Positions 1-11,600 of a DNA stretch of 45,815 nucleotides are shown one piece after another. Under the pieces are notes generated by a model that was not told the origin of the DNA, made no database searches, and was given only the letters and a program-made list of their open reading frames with translations. Each line of letters starts with the position of its first letter. Position 1 is the stretch's first letter. The position numbers and the translations under genes are program-made. Source of the stretch: Jimgerdemannia flammicorona (lineage: Eukaryota); assembly GCA_003990765.1 (NCBI GenBank), contig RBNJ01000058.1, forward strand, positions 1 to 45,815. Direction: 5' to 3'.

Positions 1-38
1 AAAAAAAAAAAAAAAAAAGTTTATGCTAAATAACGCAC

Positions 39-1066
39 ATTTTCCGGAACCAAAAAATCATCCACATCCCCGTTCGCCCTATTCTCCAAATAGCCCCTCA
101 AGTCCTCTACCACCAACCCCACCATCTCGTCCTCGTTCCTCACAAGTTGTCCGCGGGAGTCCGTAAACTCTCGGTTCAGATGCTCAGAGAAAGGAACGTA
201 GCTAAGAATGGTCCTTGTTGGTGGAAGCGCGAAGCAGAGAGGATTGCGTTTCGCCTAAAAGTGGTGGTAGTAGGGTTGGGTTTGGCGGTGGGGAAGAATG
301 TAAGCGGATTGAATAACAAAGAAGGGCAGGTAAAGACGTACGAGGAGATAGTATCGTAATCGTGAATTTGGGATCCCAAGTTGTAGTGGGGTGAGGAGGA
401 ACTCTTGGAAGGTGTAGTCAGAGGTGGTGAGCGCTTCGACGAGAAGGTTTCGGGTGTCTGAGTCCTAGTAAACCACATTCACACTTGATAAGACGAAACA
501 TAATGCAATTCAGTTTGGCAGGCGAGGTAAAATCTCACCTCAAATCCCTTTACATTTTCCACTAAGATATAACTTGGCGGATGCTCCATTTTGGGCAACA
601 TATCCATCAGATACAGAAAGCTCTTGGCACGGGTATCCTTGGACCCGTTCTTTAGCCCAGTACGGGTGTAAGGTTGGCACGGTGGTGACATGGTCCATAT
701 GTCCGCACGGAGTTTGTCGTAGAAACTGAGGGACAAGGCCTCAATATTGCGCTGCGGAACAGAGAGAGACGATAAATCTATATAAAGAATCAAGGGTGAA
801 TTCGATATCAGAGTTTGAAGCAGAGAACAAAGGTACCTGAGCGACCACGCCCTTTCCAAAATTATGAGTGTAGATCTCGTTCGCGGTGGTGTTGATGTCG
901 AAGGCCTTCAGAACATGTGCGTCCCAGTTTGCAAGGCGAGCGGCATAATGCTGGTGAAAAAGGCAACATATTGTAAGAGCGGGTTATTTAAGTAGAAACT
1001 TTTTTGGAAATTTCATACCATGCCACCTATGCCCGAATAGAATTCAAGGATCTTTTGCGTCGGCAT
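39..1066 (-). CDS. DNMT2: DNMT2/TRDMT1 (Pmt1-like) tRNA cytosine-5 methyltransferase, 5' part; exons 1066-1019, 950-837, 751-539, 464-342, 254-39; continues beyond window start
   Basis: Manual splicing at GT..AG introns gives one open frame: MPTQKILEFYSGIGGM (motif I) / HYAARLANWDAHVLKAFDIN (motif II) / RNIE..IWTMSPPCQPYTR (motif IV)..ILVENVKGFE (motif VI) / ..QEFLLTPLQLGIPNSRLRYYLL (motif VIII) / AKRNP..LRGYLEN..DDFLVPEN. PPCQPYTR and GIPNSRLRYY are DNMT2-typical. All exon lengths are multiples of 3. Confidence 0.93.
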
Positions 1067-1313
1067 GTTGTGAATGGTGTCTCAAGGGCGAACGCACCTC
1101 CAAGTCACGGGATTACTAGCCGCAAATTTTACTTTTAAGATTGTTTTTCTATAATATACAATTCCATTTTTCAAATTGAATGTTAGGATGTTGAGTTTTA
1201 GTTATTTAAAGTTGATCAATTTTTATATATGCAGAGGAAATTAAAAAATGGGAAAAGTATCACTCTATACTGTGTCTACGACAAATCCCGAATATTCATC
1301 CCAAATCAATGAC

Positions 1314-1494
1314 ACTAAGCTTGCTGGATTCGCCTGATTAAGGGCTTTTCGGCAATACAGGTTTCGTTGAATGTGGACAGTATTCGTGGAGAAAATTGAC
1401 AAAACGTCCACGGGTCGTAGTTCAGGTCTACCCGAATACTGTCCACATTCAACGAAACCTGTGTTGCCAAAAAGCCGAATCCAGCAAGCTTAGT
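1314..1494. repeat. Near-perfect inverted repeat (arms 1314-1386 and 1433-1494), MITE-like/hairpin
   Basis: ACTAAGCTTGCTGGATTCG..GGCTTTTCGGCAATACAGGTTTCGTTGAATGTGGACAGTATTCG matches the reverse complement of 1433-1494 apart from an ~11-nt insertion and a few mismatches. Confidence 0.85.
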
Positions 1495-1555
1495 TTTGTT
1501 GAATTTTCAGAGATCTATATCTAATCTATTTGGAGCACTACAGTGAGATATATAT

Positions 1556-3104
1556 TGTAATGGTGACCTCAGAATGATGACATCAGCCTTTCCTTGCAAG
1601 CCACCAGATCAGAGCACAAGAAGATCATATGGCATGACTCATCTAGGCTATAAGATGAGCAATGATGACCAACTGTGAGTCATTGTAACCACAGTATAGA
1701 TATCTTGAAGAAGGATCAAGAAACCACAGTAGCAGTAACTCAATAAGACTCACCAATCCCAAAATAGCTTAAAGATTTATTATAAATGAAATACTTGCTG
1801 TTTGCCAAATTTCAAGGTCAAGAAACCACCAAGGTATCTCAGTCAAAGAAAGGATATTTTAAGACATCAGAAGAGTCATGAGGACCTATACAAGAAAGAC
1901 TTCTAGCCTTAACCTGGGTACTGGAGATCCTTATCACTTTATCCTCTACCACTGTAAAATGGAAACAAAGATCACTATTGCTATTGAATGCCTCCAAATA
2001 TGGCAGAAGTATGAAATAAAAAACCTTCTCTGCCAGAAGTTTCCACAGGCCAGCCCTCAAGAGTTATAAGATATCACTCTTATGAATATATGTAAAACAA
2101 GAACAGCTAAGAAGATTCATCAGATCTTCAGACATATATTATGGTTGATCTCTAACTTGAAGTATATTAGAGTATCAGACTTCAGAGATCTGTCAGCCCA
2201 CTGTATCAATATACTAAAAGCCAGAGTGGCTACAGAAGTCCAGTCCACTATCACTCTCAATAGTGATGAAGTAGAAAACTTCTGACATTCCATCCTCCAG
2301 AATAATTTAGATCAATTTCAGCAAAGATTGATCTCAGTATTCTAAGACTCAAGTATCTAGATTAGATCTCTCCAAGACCCCACATTTGTTCTCTATTTTA
2401 TGGAAGAGAACCTCATAGACTGGAGAGCCCCAGACTTTCTTGTTCCTACCACCAAATATGATGATGTCATCAGCAATGACATCATCCTACATGATATATA
2501 TAAAATATATAACCTATATAATGAGACAGATAAAATGTTCACAGATCTCATCTCCTTCAATAATGATGAGGATGAAGCCTCCATGGTTCTGAATATTCTG
2601 CTCTAAGTCTCTTAATTATACTGAATTATACCAGTATCCTTTTCTTATATAACAACTATTCCACTACTAGTATTCTGACCTTGTGTGATTTAGAATTATT
2701 CTAGTATCATTTTTCTGTATTACTAAAATTATATCAGCATTCTGAATCTGTGCAACCACCTGTGCTGACTCTGGAACTTGGCAGTTTTCTGTATTCCAGT
2801 ATTTTTATTTAGTTATTGGAATTTATATTTAGCTTTATATCTTAGCAACTATTGAATTATATTTTATATAAATACCCTTCTTATTTCCTCTGAAATAAAG
2901 TCAGTCAAGTTCACTTATATACAATCTCTTGCAAGCAATCTAAAGAGATAACAAGACAGTTTAAAGATAAGAAGTTTGAGGACTATAAGACCTTGGGAAG
3001 GTACTTCAATAAGAACTTGCTTATAACAAACTTGAGTTAGTCTAAAAGATATATCTTGAAGAGAATCTGATATATTTGAAGGACTCAGTGATAACTATGT
3101 GACA
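1556..3104 (+). repeat. 5' LTR family A (~1.55 kb, TG...CA)
   Basis: TGTAATGG...GTGACA; colinear with 8652-9517+15336-15908 and 40397-42004; TATAAATA at 2867 and AATAAA at 2894. Confidence 0.92.
1791..2606 (+). pseudogene. ORF inside the family A LTR (U3), ~272 codons, unknown product
   Basis: Track ORFs 1878, 2082 and 2400 share one frame. Several of the intervening stops are sense codons in other LTR copies (TGA/TGG, TAA/CAA, TAG/CAG). The start is ATA here but ATG at 8909 and 40657. Confidence 0.7.
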
Positions 3105-3130
3105 ACTTAGTACCCATTGGCTGGTGATTC
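3105..3130 (+). other. Primer binding site, family A (shared with family B consensus ACTTGGTGCCCATTGGCTGGTGATTC)
   Basis: Lies immediately after LTR-terminal CA and is conserved at 18720, 42005 and in minus-strand copies. The priming tRNA was not identified. Confidence 0.7.
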
Positions 3131-3230
3131 AAGATGAATCTCTCACTTTTAAGCTGAAAAATGAACAACTACCACAACAACTATTCTGACTACAAGAGTT
3201 ACCCCTGCAAGAATTCAAGATAAGATAGAA

Positions 3231-6200
3231 ATGCATCCCCCCACATTCTATGGATATACTACTAAAGAGTCAATCCTGATCTTTATTGAAAACTTTGAAC
3301 AATTTTCTGCTGTATGAGCTCTTAATATAAATATACAATTGACTCTTCTATCAGTCAGTCTCAGAGGACCTGCCAGAGACAAGTTCAATATAGCCACTAT
3401 TGCTAATTCTGGTACAGCCAAACTTGCCAATATAAAGGCCTTTTTCAGAACAATATACTATACTGAAGAGATCAAGCAAGCTCTCAAGGATTAACTCAAT
3501 ACTATCTACCAGGAACTCAGTGAAGATCCCAACTCATTCTATATCCAAATCTGCCACTAGATTGTCTTGGCTGACTATGATGATGCCCTCAAGGAACAAA
3601 TAGTAGATTTTACCTTCCTTAAAGGAGTTTACTCTAAAATTGCCCTAGCAATCCAGTCTACTCTAGCTGTACTGACTCTTGATCAGAAAGTGGTCTTTGT
3701 ACAGAGATATTAGACTACTAGACACTCTGCCAAATACTCAATAGAGAAAATAACTGGCATCAAGATGGAGCCATCAAAGCTAACCAGTATCATACCTACT
3801 ATAGTTGTAAACAGATAATTATTCCCACCTACTTCCAAGATAGCCAAAGCTGATTCAGTGGAGGAACTTGCCAAGCAGTTTGCCAAGATGACTGCACAAC
3901 TAAGTAATGCTATCAGAACCAGAGAACAAACCAATACAGTAGTCATCAAGGAGATTAGTGATACTGATGATGAAGAATACTATAAGAAGCTCAAATTTTA
4001 CCCTGCTACTGAAGGTACCAGAACCCAGTCCAAGCCTTATGATAAGAAGAGCAATAGCAAGCTAGTTGGAAGACCAAAGAAGACTCCAGCTATTACTATT
4101 CAAAGTAAGACCCAATCTAAGGAGATTGATCAAGATATGAAGTTAGATAGAGCTGCCTGCCAAATCATTGAAGACACTACTCTAGTCTCAGGAGAAAGTG
4201 AAAGCAAGAAGGAATAGAAGCTATACAAGACCAAGATCCACTAGTATGATATCTATAAGGATCTCAAGGAACAGAAGGTCAATGCTACTTTTGGATAGCT
4301 AGCCGAAGTTCCTGCCTTCAGATAGCAGTTAAGAGTAGGACTTGCAACTACTGCCAAAAATTAAGAGTATAAGATTGTAGAAGCTCACAATGTACAAGAA
4401 GATGATCAAGAAGACTCAGGCAAAGAATCTGAAGACTAGTGCAAAACATCAGCCTATACTCTATGTCAGATTGAAGATTGTATCTTTGATACCATCATTG
4501 ATACTGATACTGGAGGATACTTCATGAGTAAGAAGACAATTGACTGCCTAGGCTGAGACATTGAAGAGTCTACCAAGATGGTCTATATTATAGCAGATGG
4601 TACACAAGCTACCCTTCTTGACAAAATCTGAGAAGTCTCCATCAAGATAGGAGGAGCTACCATCCCAGTAAATGTGATTGTTATAAGTGCTACCAACTAT
4701 GATATCCTCATTGGTAACCAATGGCTTCATAAGGCCAAGGCCATCATTGACCTCAATTCTCAGAAGATGCAGATCAACTATAGAGAAAGAAAGATATGAG
4801 TCTCTTTCAATATCCACAAAGGAGTTTTATCAGATATGGAGGAAGGAGATGAAGAGGACACAGAAGTCTTCATACACTCAGTAAATAAGAACAAGAACAA
4901 GAACAAGACACCCAAGCTCACAGATGAGCAGTGGTACAACAAGATCATTAATGGCTATGCTTCTCAAGGAAGATGCCTCCATAGTACTAAAATATACTGC
5001 TCTGAACATCTGAATGACTACTGGTCCTATATCAGTGAAGTCAGAAAAATCTGCCAACAGAAGTATGAGCAAGAAATCACTGAAGCAAAAAGGAAAGCTG
5101 AAGAAGATGACCAGCCCCCAGAGCTGCAAGCTGACAGTAATGATGAGGAGGAATAAGAACTAGACATCACCCTCAAGGTTAAGAAGTTTCATCCCAAAAC
5201 CAAGATCCCAGAATACAAGACTAAAGGAGCCATATAAATGGATCTTGCTAGCATTCAAGATACTACCCTCAAACCACAGACCACTACCCTACTTGGTACC
5301 AGAATTGGAGTTAAGTTACTAGAGAACTATATCAGAATTATCAAGACCAGAAACAGTCTGGCCAAAAGTGAAATCTCAGTTAAAAGAGGAATAATTGACC
5401 CTGATTACACTGGTGAGATCTTCCTCATAGTTAGGAATCATAACTCCACTACTCCATTCAAAGTCAAAAAGTATGATAGGATTGGCCAGATGCTGATCCA
5501 TGAAATCAAGAAGCCCAAGATCACTGAAGCCATCAAACTCATCAAGACTAAGAGAGGAGAACAAGGCTTTGGATCTACTAGAAGAGGAGTCTATGCTGCT
5601 ATCAAGATTACTAAACTTGAGTACAAGAAAGACAAGGATCAGAACAAACACACATATATCATTGGAGAAAGCTTTTCTCTAGAAGAACAACTTCTCAAGA
5701 TCCTGTACTAGAACAAAGGAGTACTTGCTATAGACTTCAGGGATATTCACAATCAAGAACTCAAATACTACTATAAAGTTGATACTGGTGATATCAAGCC
5801 CATCTACTAGAAAGCTAGACCTATACCACCTGCCTATAGAGAATGGCTGTAAGCAGAACTCAAGGAAATGGAAGAAGCCAGAATCATCAAGCAAGCTATC
5901 AGTCTCTGAGCTTCACTTATTATCCTTACCCCAAAGAAAGGAAATAAGCCTAAAGAGTTTGTACCAAGACTCTGTATTGACTACAGAAAGCTCAATACAA
6001 TTACCAAGAAGAATAGGCAGTCCTTGCCAAATATTCAAGAAATTCTTACTACTCTTGGAAGTAAAGCCAAATACTATATCACCTTGGATCTGTTTTCAGG
6101 CTTCCATTAGATTGGTCTCACTCAAGATGCTAGTGAGAAATCAGCCTTCATCATATCTAATGCCACCTATATCTACCTGCAAATTCTATTTGGAATATAC

Positions 6201-8288
6201 AATACCCCAGCAAGTTTTCAGCAAATGATGAACAGAGTCTTCAGCAATGAGATTGGAAAATAGCTCTTTGTCTATATTGATAATATAATCATCTTCAGCA
6301 ATACTACATGGGAACATATCAACTACATACAGCTAGCCCTCAAGAAGCTCAAGGAGCATGGTCTCTACATCAAGCCCAAGAAGTATAAGTTTGTAGCTCA
6401 GGAAATCACCTACCTAGGACACCTCATCAACTAGACTGGAATCCACACAGACTCTATGAAGATTGAGACTATTGCAGTCTACCTGAGACCCAGAACAACC
6501 ACAGAAGTCCATGTCTTCCTTGGACTGGCCTCCTACTACAGAAAATTCATCAAAAAATACTCCAATATTGCAGCACCTATCTATGAGCTACTGAAGAAAG
6601 AGACTAAATTCAAATAGATCAAGAAATACCAAGAAATCTTCAATGAACTCAAGACTATGTTGACCTAAGCACCCATTCCTCAGAAGACCAGATTGGAACC
6701 TAGAGTTCATCCTACAGACAGATGCAAGTACTATAGAACTTGGAGCAGTCCTAGCTCAGAAGAAAGATGGACATAAATATGTCATCTCTTATATAAGCTG
6801 AGGTACCTGCAGAGTGGAACAGAACTACAAGTCATGTACTCAAATACTTGGCAGTAGTTTGAGCAGTAGACAAGTTCCACTACTACCTAGCTGAGAAATA
6901 CTTCACTATTCAAACAGACCATTCTGCTCTTGCTTGGCTATTCCACACTCTGAACTCCAAAGAAATATATACTAAATAGATCTATAGGCTATAAGAGTAT
7001 GACTGTACTGTCAAGCACCACTCAGAAAGAACTAATGCCAATGCTGATATACTCTCAAGGATACTCCAAACACCTCCATTAAGACTATTCAATATGAATA
7101 AGAAGTTATACTATTGATTAATCAACTATTTTAGGTAGCAGAAGATGCTCAACCACCTTGAACTCTGGACAATCACCATCATCAACCAGACTTGAAAACA
7201 GTTTAAACTAGACAACACTACACTCAGAAAAGGAGGAAAGCTTGTAATACTCAAATACAAGAAGTATCAAGTAATGATAGAAGTATATGAACAGAGATAC
7301 CTAGGAGGAACCAATATATACAATAAGGCAAGAAGAACTATGTGGTGGCCTAAGATAGAAGAAGATCTGTACCAATTTGTCAAAGAGTGTGATAAGTACC
7401 AAAAACAGAAATAAGATCAGTAAGACCAGATACTCAGGTCATCAAGAATTGAGTCTATCTCCTTCCACCACATTGTAATAGATATCATTAGGCTACTATC
7501 AGTAACACTATCAGGAAACTACTACATTATAGTTATTATAGACCTCTTTACTAAATAGATAGAAGCAGGAGCATTATAAGAAGCCAATGCTCTCTCTATA
7601 GCTGACTTCCTGTACTGAGAAATTATCTGCTACTACAAGACACTAAGGCAAATTACCACAGACCATGATACAGAATTTATCAATGGATTCTATGAGATAA
7701 TATATTAGAAATATAAGATTCAGTATATCAAGACCACTGCATACCACTCTCAAGAAAATAGATAGACAGAGAGAACCAACAAGACCCTCAAGAACATCCT
7801 GGTGAAGATCTCAGATATATGAGAATTGAGATAACTACCTCCCAACTGCCCTCTCTATCCTATGAGATATATGATCATAGAGCACACACTTTACTCCAAG
7901 AGAACTGCTTTTTGAAGAAGAAGATTCCAATGGAACCTTAGCTACAAATCTAGACCTAACTTAGAGATAGATTGACTCAGAAATCCAGAGACTACATCAA
8001 ATCAGGAAGAAGGCTGAATATTATATCATCAAGTCACAAGTACTGATGAGGAAGAATATAGAAAAGAATCACAAGACCCTAAAACCCATCCAAATTGGAG
8101 AAATGGTTCTACTGTATTGAAATATAGTAGAAGCCTCATAATTATAAAAATTGGAGCCTAAATGGGAAGGACCCTTCTATGAGCAAGATATTAAGAGAAC
8201 TATCTTCTGGCTTAGAAAAATCTCAGAGACCATACTGCCTACTATAGTATACAGGAATAGACTCAAGAAGTACCATAAACCTATATAA
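3231..8288 (+). pseudogene. gag-pol: Degenerate gag-pol of family A copy 1 (capsid, protease, Cys/His module, dUTPase, RT, RNase H, integrase)
   Basis: MHPPTFYGY capsid start; IIDT protease; GIIDPDYTGE and RGEQGFGST dUTPase; RLCIDYRKLN, LDLFSGFH and YIDN RT; FILQTDAS RNase H; QEN..ERTN and LEPKWEGP integrase; many transition-derived stops. Confidence 0.9.
5172..5583 (+). pseudogene. dut: dUTPase domain in family A pol
   Basis: ORF 5238-5711 carries RNSL (motif 2), GIIDPDYTGE (motif 3), IGQML (motif 4) and RGEQGFGST (motif 5). Confidence 0.9.
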
Positions 8289-8651
8289 GAGAAGTAAAAT
8301 ATGATGACTGCCTATAAGGTTCTAGTCCATGAATCATAACAGCATGTCCTGTAACCAGCAGACTATCTGTCTGGATCATTCTCTAAGAGATATAGCATCA
8401 GCAACTACTCATCCATGAGACTTTGAAGCCAGAGAAGTTTGAACCATCAACTGATTGGACAAGATCAGAATTAGGCTCTTGCTTTATATAAAGGGAGTGA
8501 CCCTTCACCATTACACCAAAATATATAGGGAAGATACTAGTCCATAAATACTACTTTTTAACCCCTTGCCGGAGGTTATGGGATCAGCAAATTTTTCAGG
8601 ACTGGACCAATGAATAAGGATATTCAAGAAGATCCTTATTCAGGAGGAAGA

Positions 8652-9517
8652 TATAACAGTAACCTCAGAATGATGACATCAGTACAAGAGACAGTCTTTC
8701 CTTGTAAGTCACTAGATTGAAGCATAAGAAGATTATATAACATGACTCACTCAGGCTATAAGATGAGCAATGATGACCAACTGTAAGTCATTGTGACCAC
8801 AGTATAGGCATCTTAAGGAATATAAAAGAAGAATCAAGGAACCACAGTAGCAGAAACTCAATAAGACCCACTAATTCCAAAATAGCTCAAAGACTTACTA
8901 TAAATGAAATGCCTGCTGCTCACCAAACCTCAAGGTCAAGGAATCATCAAGGTACTTTAGTCAAAGAAAGGATATTCTAAGACATCAGAAGAGCCATAAG
9001 GACTCATATAAGAAGGACTCCTAGCCTCAACCTGAGTACTGGGGATCCTTATCACTTTATCCTCTACTACTGTGAAATAGAAATAAGGATCACTATTACT
9101 ACCAAATATCTCCAAATATGACAGAAGTATAAAATAAGAAACTTTCTCTACCAGGAGTTTCCACAGACCAGCCCTCAAGAGTTACAAGATACCACTCCCA
9201 TGGATATATGTGAAACAAGGATAACTAAGAAGATTCATCAGATCTTCAGATATATATCATAGTTAATCCCCAACTTGGAGTATGTTAGAGTTTCAGACTT
9301 CAGAGATCTGTCAGCCTACCATATCAATATACTAAAAGCCAGGGTGGCTACAGAAGTCCAGTTCACTATTACTCTCAATAGTGATAAAGTAGAAGACTTC
9401 TGGCATCCCATTCTTCAGGACAACCTAGATCAATTCCTGCAAGAATTGATCTCAGTATTCTAAGGCCCAAGTATCTAGGTTAGACCTCTCTAAGACCCCA
9501 CATTTGTTTCCTATTTT
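8652..9517 (+). repeat. 3' LTR family A copy 1, left part
   Basis: Follows the PPT and is colinear with 1556-2399. Confidence 0.9.
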
Positions 9518-9548
9518 CAACACAACTTGGAGAAAAGATATTATAGAA

Positions 9549-11569
9549 ATGTCATCAAGCAAGAGTTCTGATGAGCATGCTGGGTCAGGTGAACCTGGGG
9601 CTTTTGGCTGGCAGAATGTCAGAAGGGGTTATGGCCTGGGGATGGGGGCCTTTGGTGGGTTGAAGGGTGGTGAGGGCTCTGGAGGTGGACCAGTGTCTGG
9701 TGGCAATAGGAGGAGGCCTGGCCTCCAAGTTTTGCAGATAAGGTGAAGGAGAGTGGGTGGCCAGCTAGATCTAGGGCTAGTGCTGCTGTGGAAAAGGGCA
9801 AGGCAAGCCTAGGGAGGGGGGGAGGTGCTCAGGTGGGGAATGTGAGTATAGGTGCTGGAGGTACTGTGGCTGGGAGTAGGACTGCTGATGGAAGTGTGAT
9901 GGACAATCAGGAAAAAAAAAGAGATGTGACAGTTGATGGAGGTGTGGGGCAGAGGTTCCTGATGCAGAAGAGAGATCTGGCTGATAGTGTAATAGGGCTG
10001 GCAGTAGCACTGTTACTCAGGAAATTGATCTTGGAGTTTGCAGTAATACTGTGCTTCTGAGGTTTAGTAGTGATAGTGAGGATGGTCTTGGGACTTGTCT
10101 AGAAGCAGGTAGCTGGGGCTGCCTTGGTAAAGTTCCTGAAGGGTCTGGAGGGGGTCAAGGTGGGCTTTGAGGAGGCAGGCCCTCTGGAAGAGGCTCTGAA
10201 GACTGGAGTGGTAATGGTCTCCATGATATACTGCCTGAGGTGGGACCCCAGGGTGGTGCAGCTGTTGGTGAAGGGGGTGCCTACAGTAATGAAGGAGGAG
10301 ACTAGGAGGAGGGTGGAGGAGGTGATGGTGGAGTATGGTGATGTGGTAGATATCAGTTTCCAGGTATGAGAGGGAACTACCATTAAGACTGGTGATGTAG
10401 ATGTGAGGATTAGACTGGTAGGAAGAGAGGCTATAGGGAAGATGAGTGACTGGCCCTCAGTATTGATGTGGGGGGCTTTTGTCTGTAAGGTGTCAAGGGT
10501 GAGAGGGAATGACAAGGAGGAAGAGGACTTATTGGAGGCTCTGGAGGAGTTGAGTAGTACTGTTGAGAGGAGAGCAAAGGCCTGGAAATTGTATGAGAAG
10601 CCGATGCATCTAGAGATTATTGATAGGAAGTGGATTCAAACTAATAAGGTGCAGTGGGAGTAGGCCCAGGGATGCATAAGACAGAGAGAGCTGTTGGTAA
10701 GTATGAGAGGAGGGGCTGTGAAGAAGGTGGATAGAGCTAAGGAGTCTGGGGGTATCAAAGCCAGTGTCTGGGCTAGTAAAGGAGGGGGGGAGGGGGAGAT
10801 GAATAAGGAAGAGACTGGAAAGGTGCTGAACAAGGACCCCTATGCAGATGGTATGTTTGAAGTCTGGGAGCAGGAGTTGGATACCATCCCCCCCCCCCTC
10901 TTATCAGGAGGGGCCCAGTGGTGAATTGAGAGGCAGTGGAAGATATACTGATACAGGGGGCCCTATGAGTACACTTTGGGGTCTCCAATGTGACAAAAGG
11001 GGGCCAGGTGGTGGCAGTTAGAGAGGATGAGCTGGTGGATGTCTCAGAGGAGAAATGGGATAAGGCTGCCAGTATAGGAGCTGATATGTACCACAATGTT
11101 GGATGCTGGGCAGTCAGGGACTCTGGGAGAGAAGGAGGTGGAGAATCTGCTGTGGATGAGCAAGGTGATGGATAACCTTATGGCTGAGGAGTTGGGAGAA
11201 GTGGACCTGCATATAATGCCTGAGGAGCATTGGACACAGATTCTGCATAGAGACAGAGTGGTGGAGGCGCTGAAGGTAGAGATTCTTGTAATCTTTATGG
11301 AGGAGAAGGGGTATGAGGTTGATAAGGTGAGAGAGGCAGAGCTGGCAGTTGTTGCTGGTGAGCAGGCTACCTACTATTGGGCAGAGCATCATGGTTTGCA
11401 GCTCTGGCAGGAGGCCTGTCTGGAGTATCATAAGGACTTTGAGGAGAGAGAAGATGGGGTGATGGTGGAACTTCTGGGAGGGTTGGAGGCACGGGAAGCT
11501 GGAGAGAAGGAACTTGCTGCTGAACATGACTTAGACTTGGCACAGGAGGAGTTAAATGCAGACTTGTAG
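9549..11569 (+). pseudogene. LINE ORF1 (fragmented; Gly-rich N-terminus, RRM-like middle, acidic helical C-terminus)
   Basis: Chain of plus-strand ORF fragments 9504-11569 upstream of ORF2. Domain assignment is by position and composition only. Confidence 0.6.
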
Positions 11570-11600
11570 AGGATGGGATTGATATATAACACTATTTCTT

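Noticed and set aside
1-18. Poly(A) as a retroelement tail
   Set aside because: It lies in a DNMT2 intron as a T-tract on the coding strand and is truncated by the window; no other support.
147-478. ORFs 147-359(+) and 176-478(-)
   Set aside because: Antisense or off-frame overlaps of DNMT2 exons 4-5.
479-859. 126-aa ORF as a standalone gene
   Set aside because: It is DNMT2 exon 3 read through the flanking introns.
1839-2060. Antisense 73-aa ORF recurring in all three family A LTRs
   Set aside because: Recurrence is expected from LTR homology, the starts are mostly non-ATG, and the sense frame explains the conservation better.
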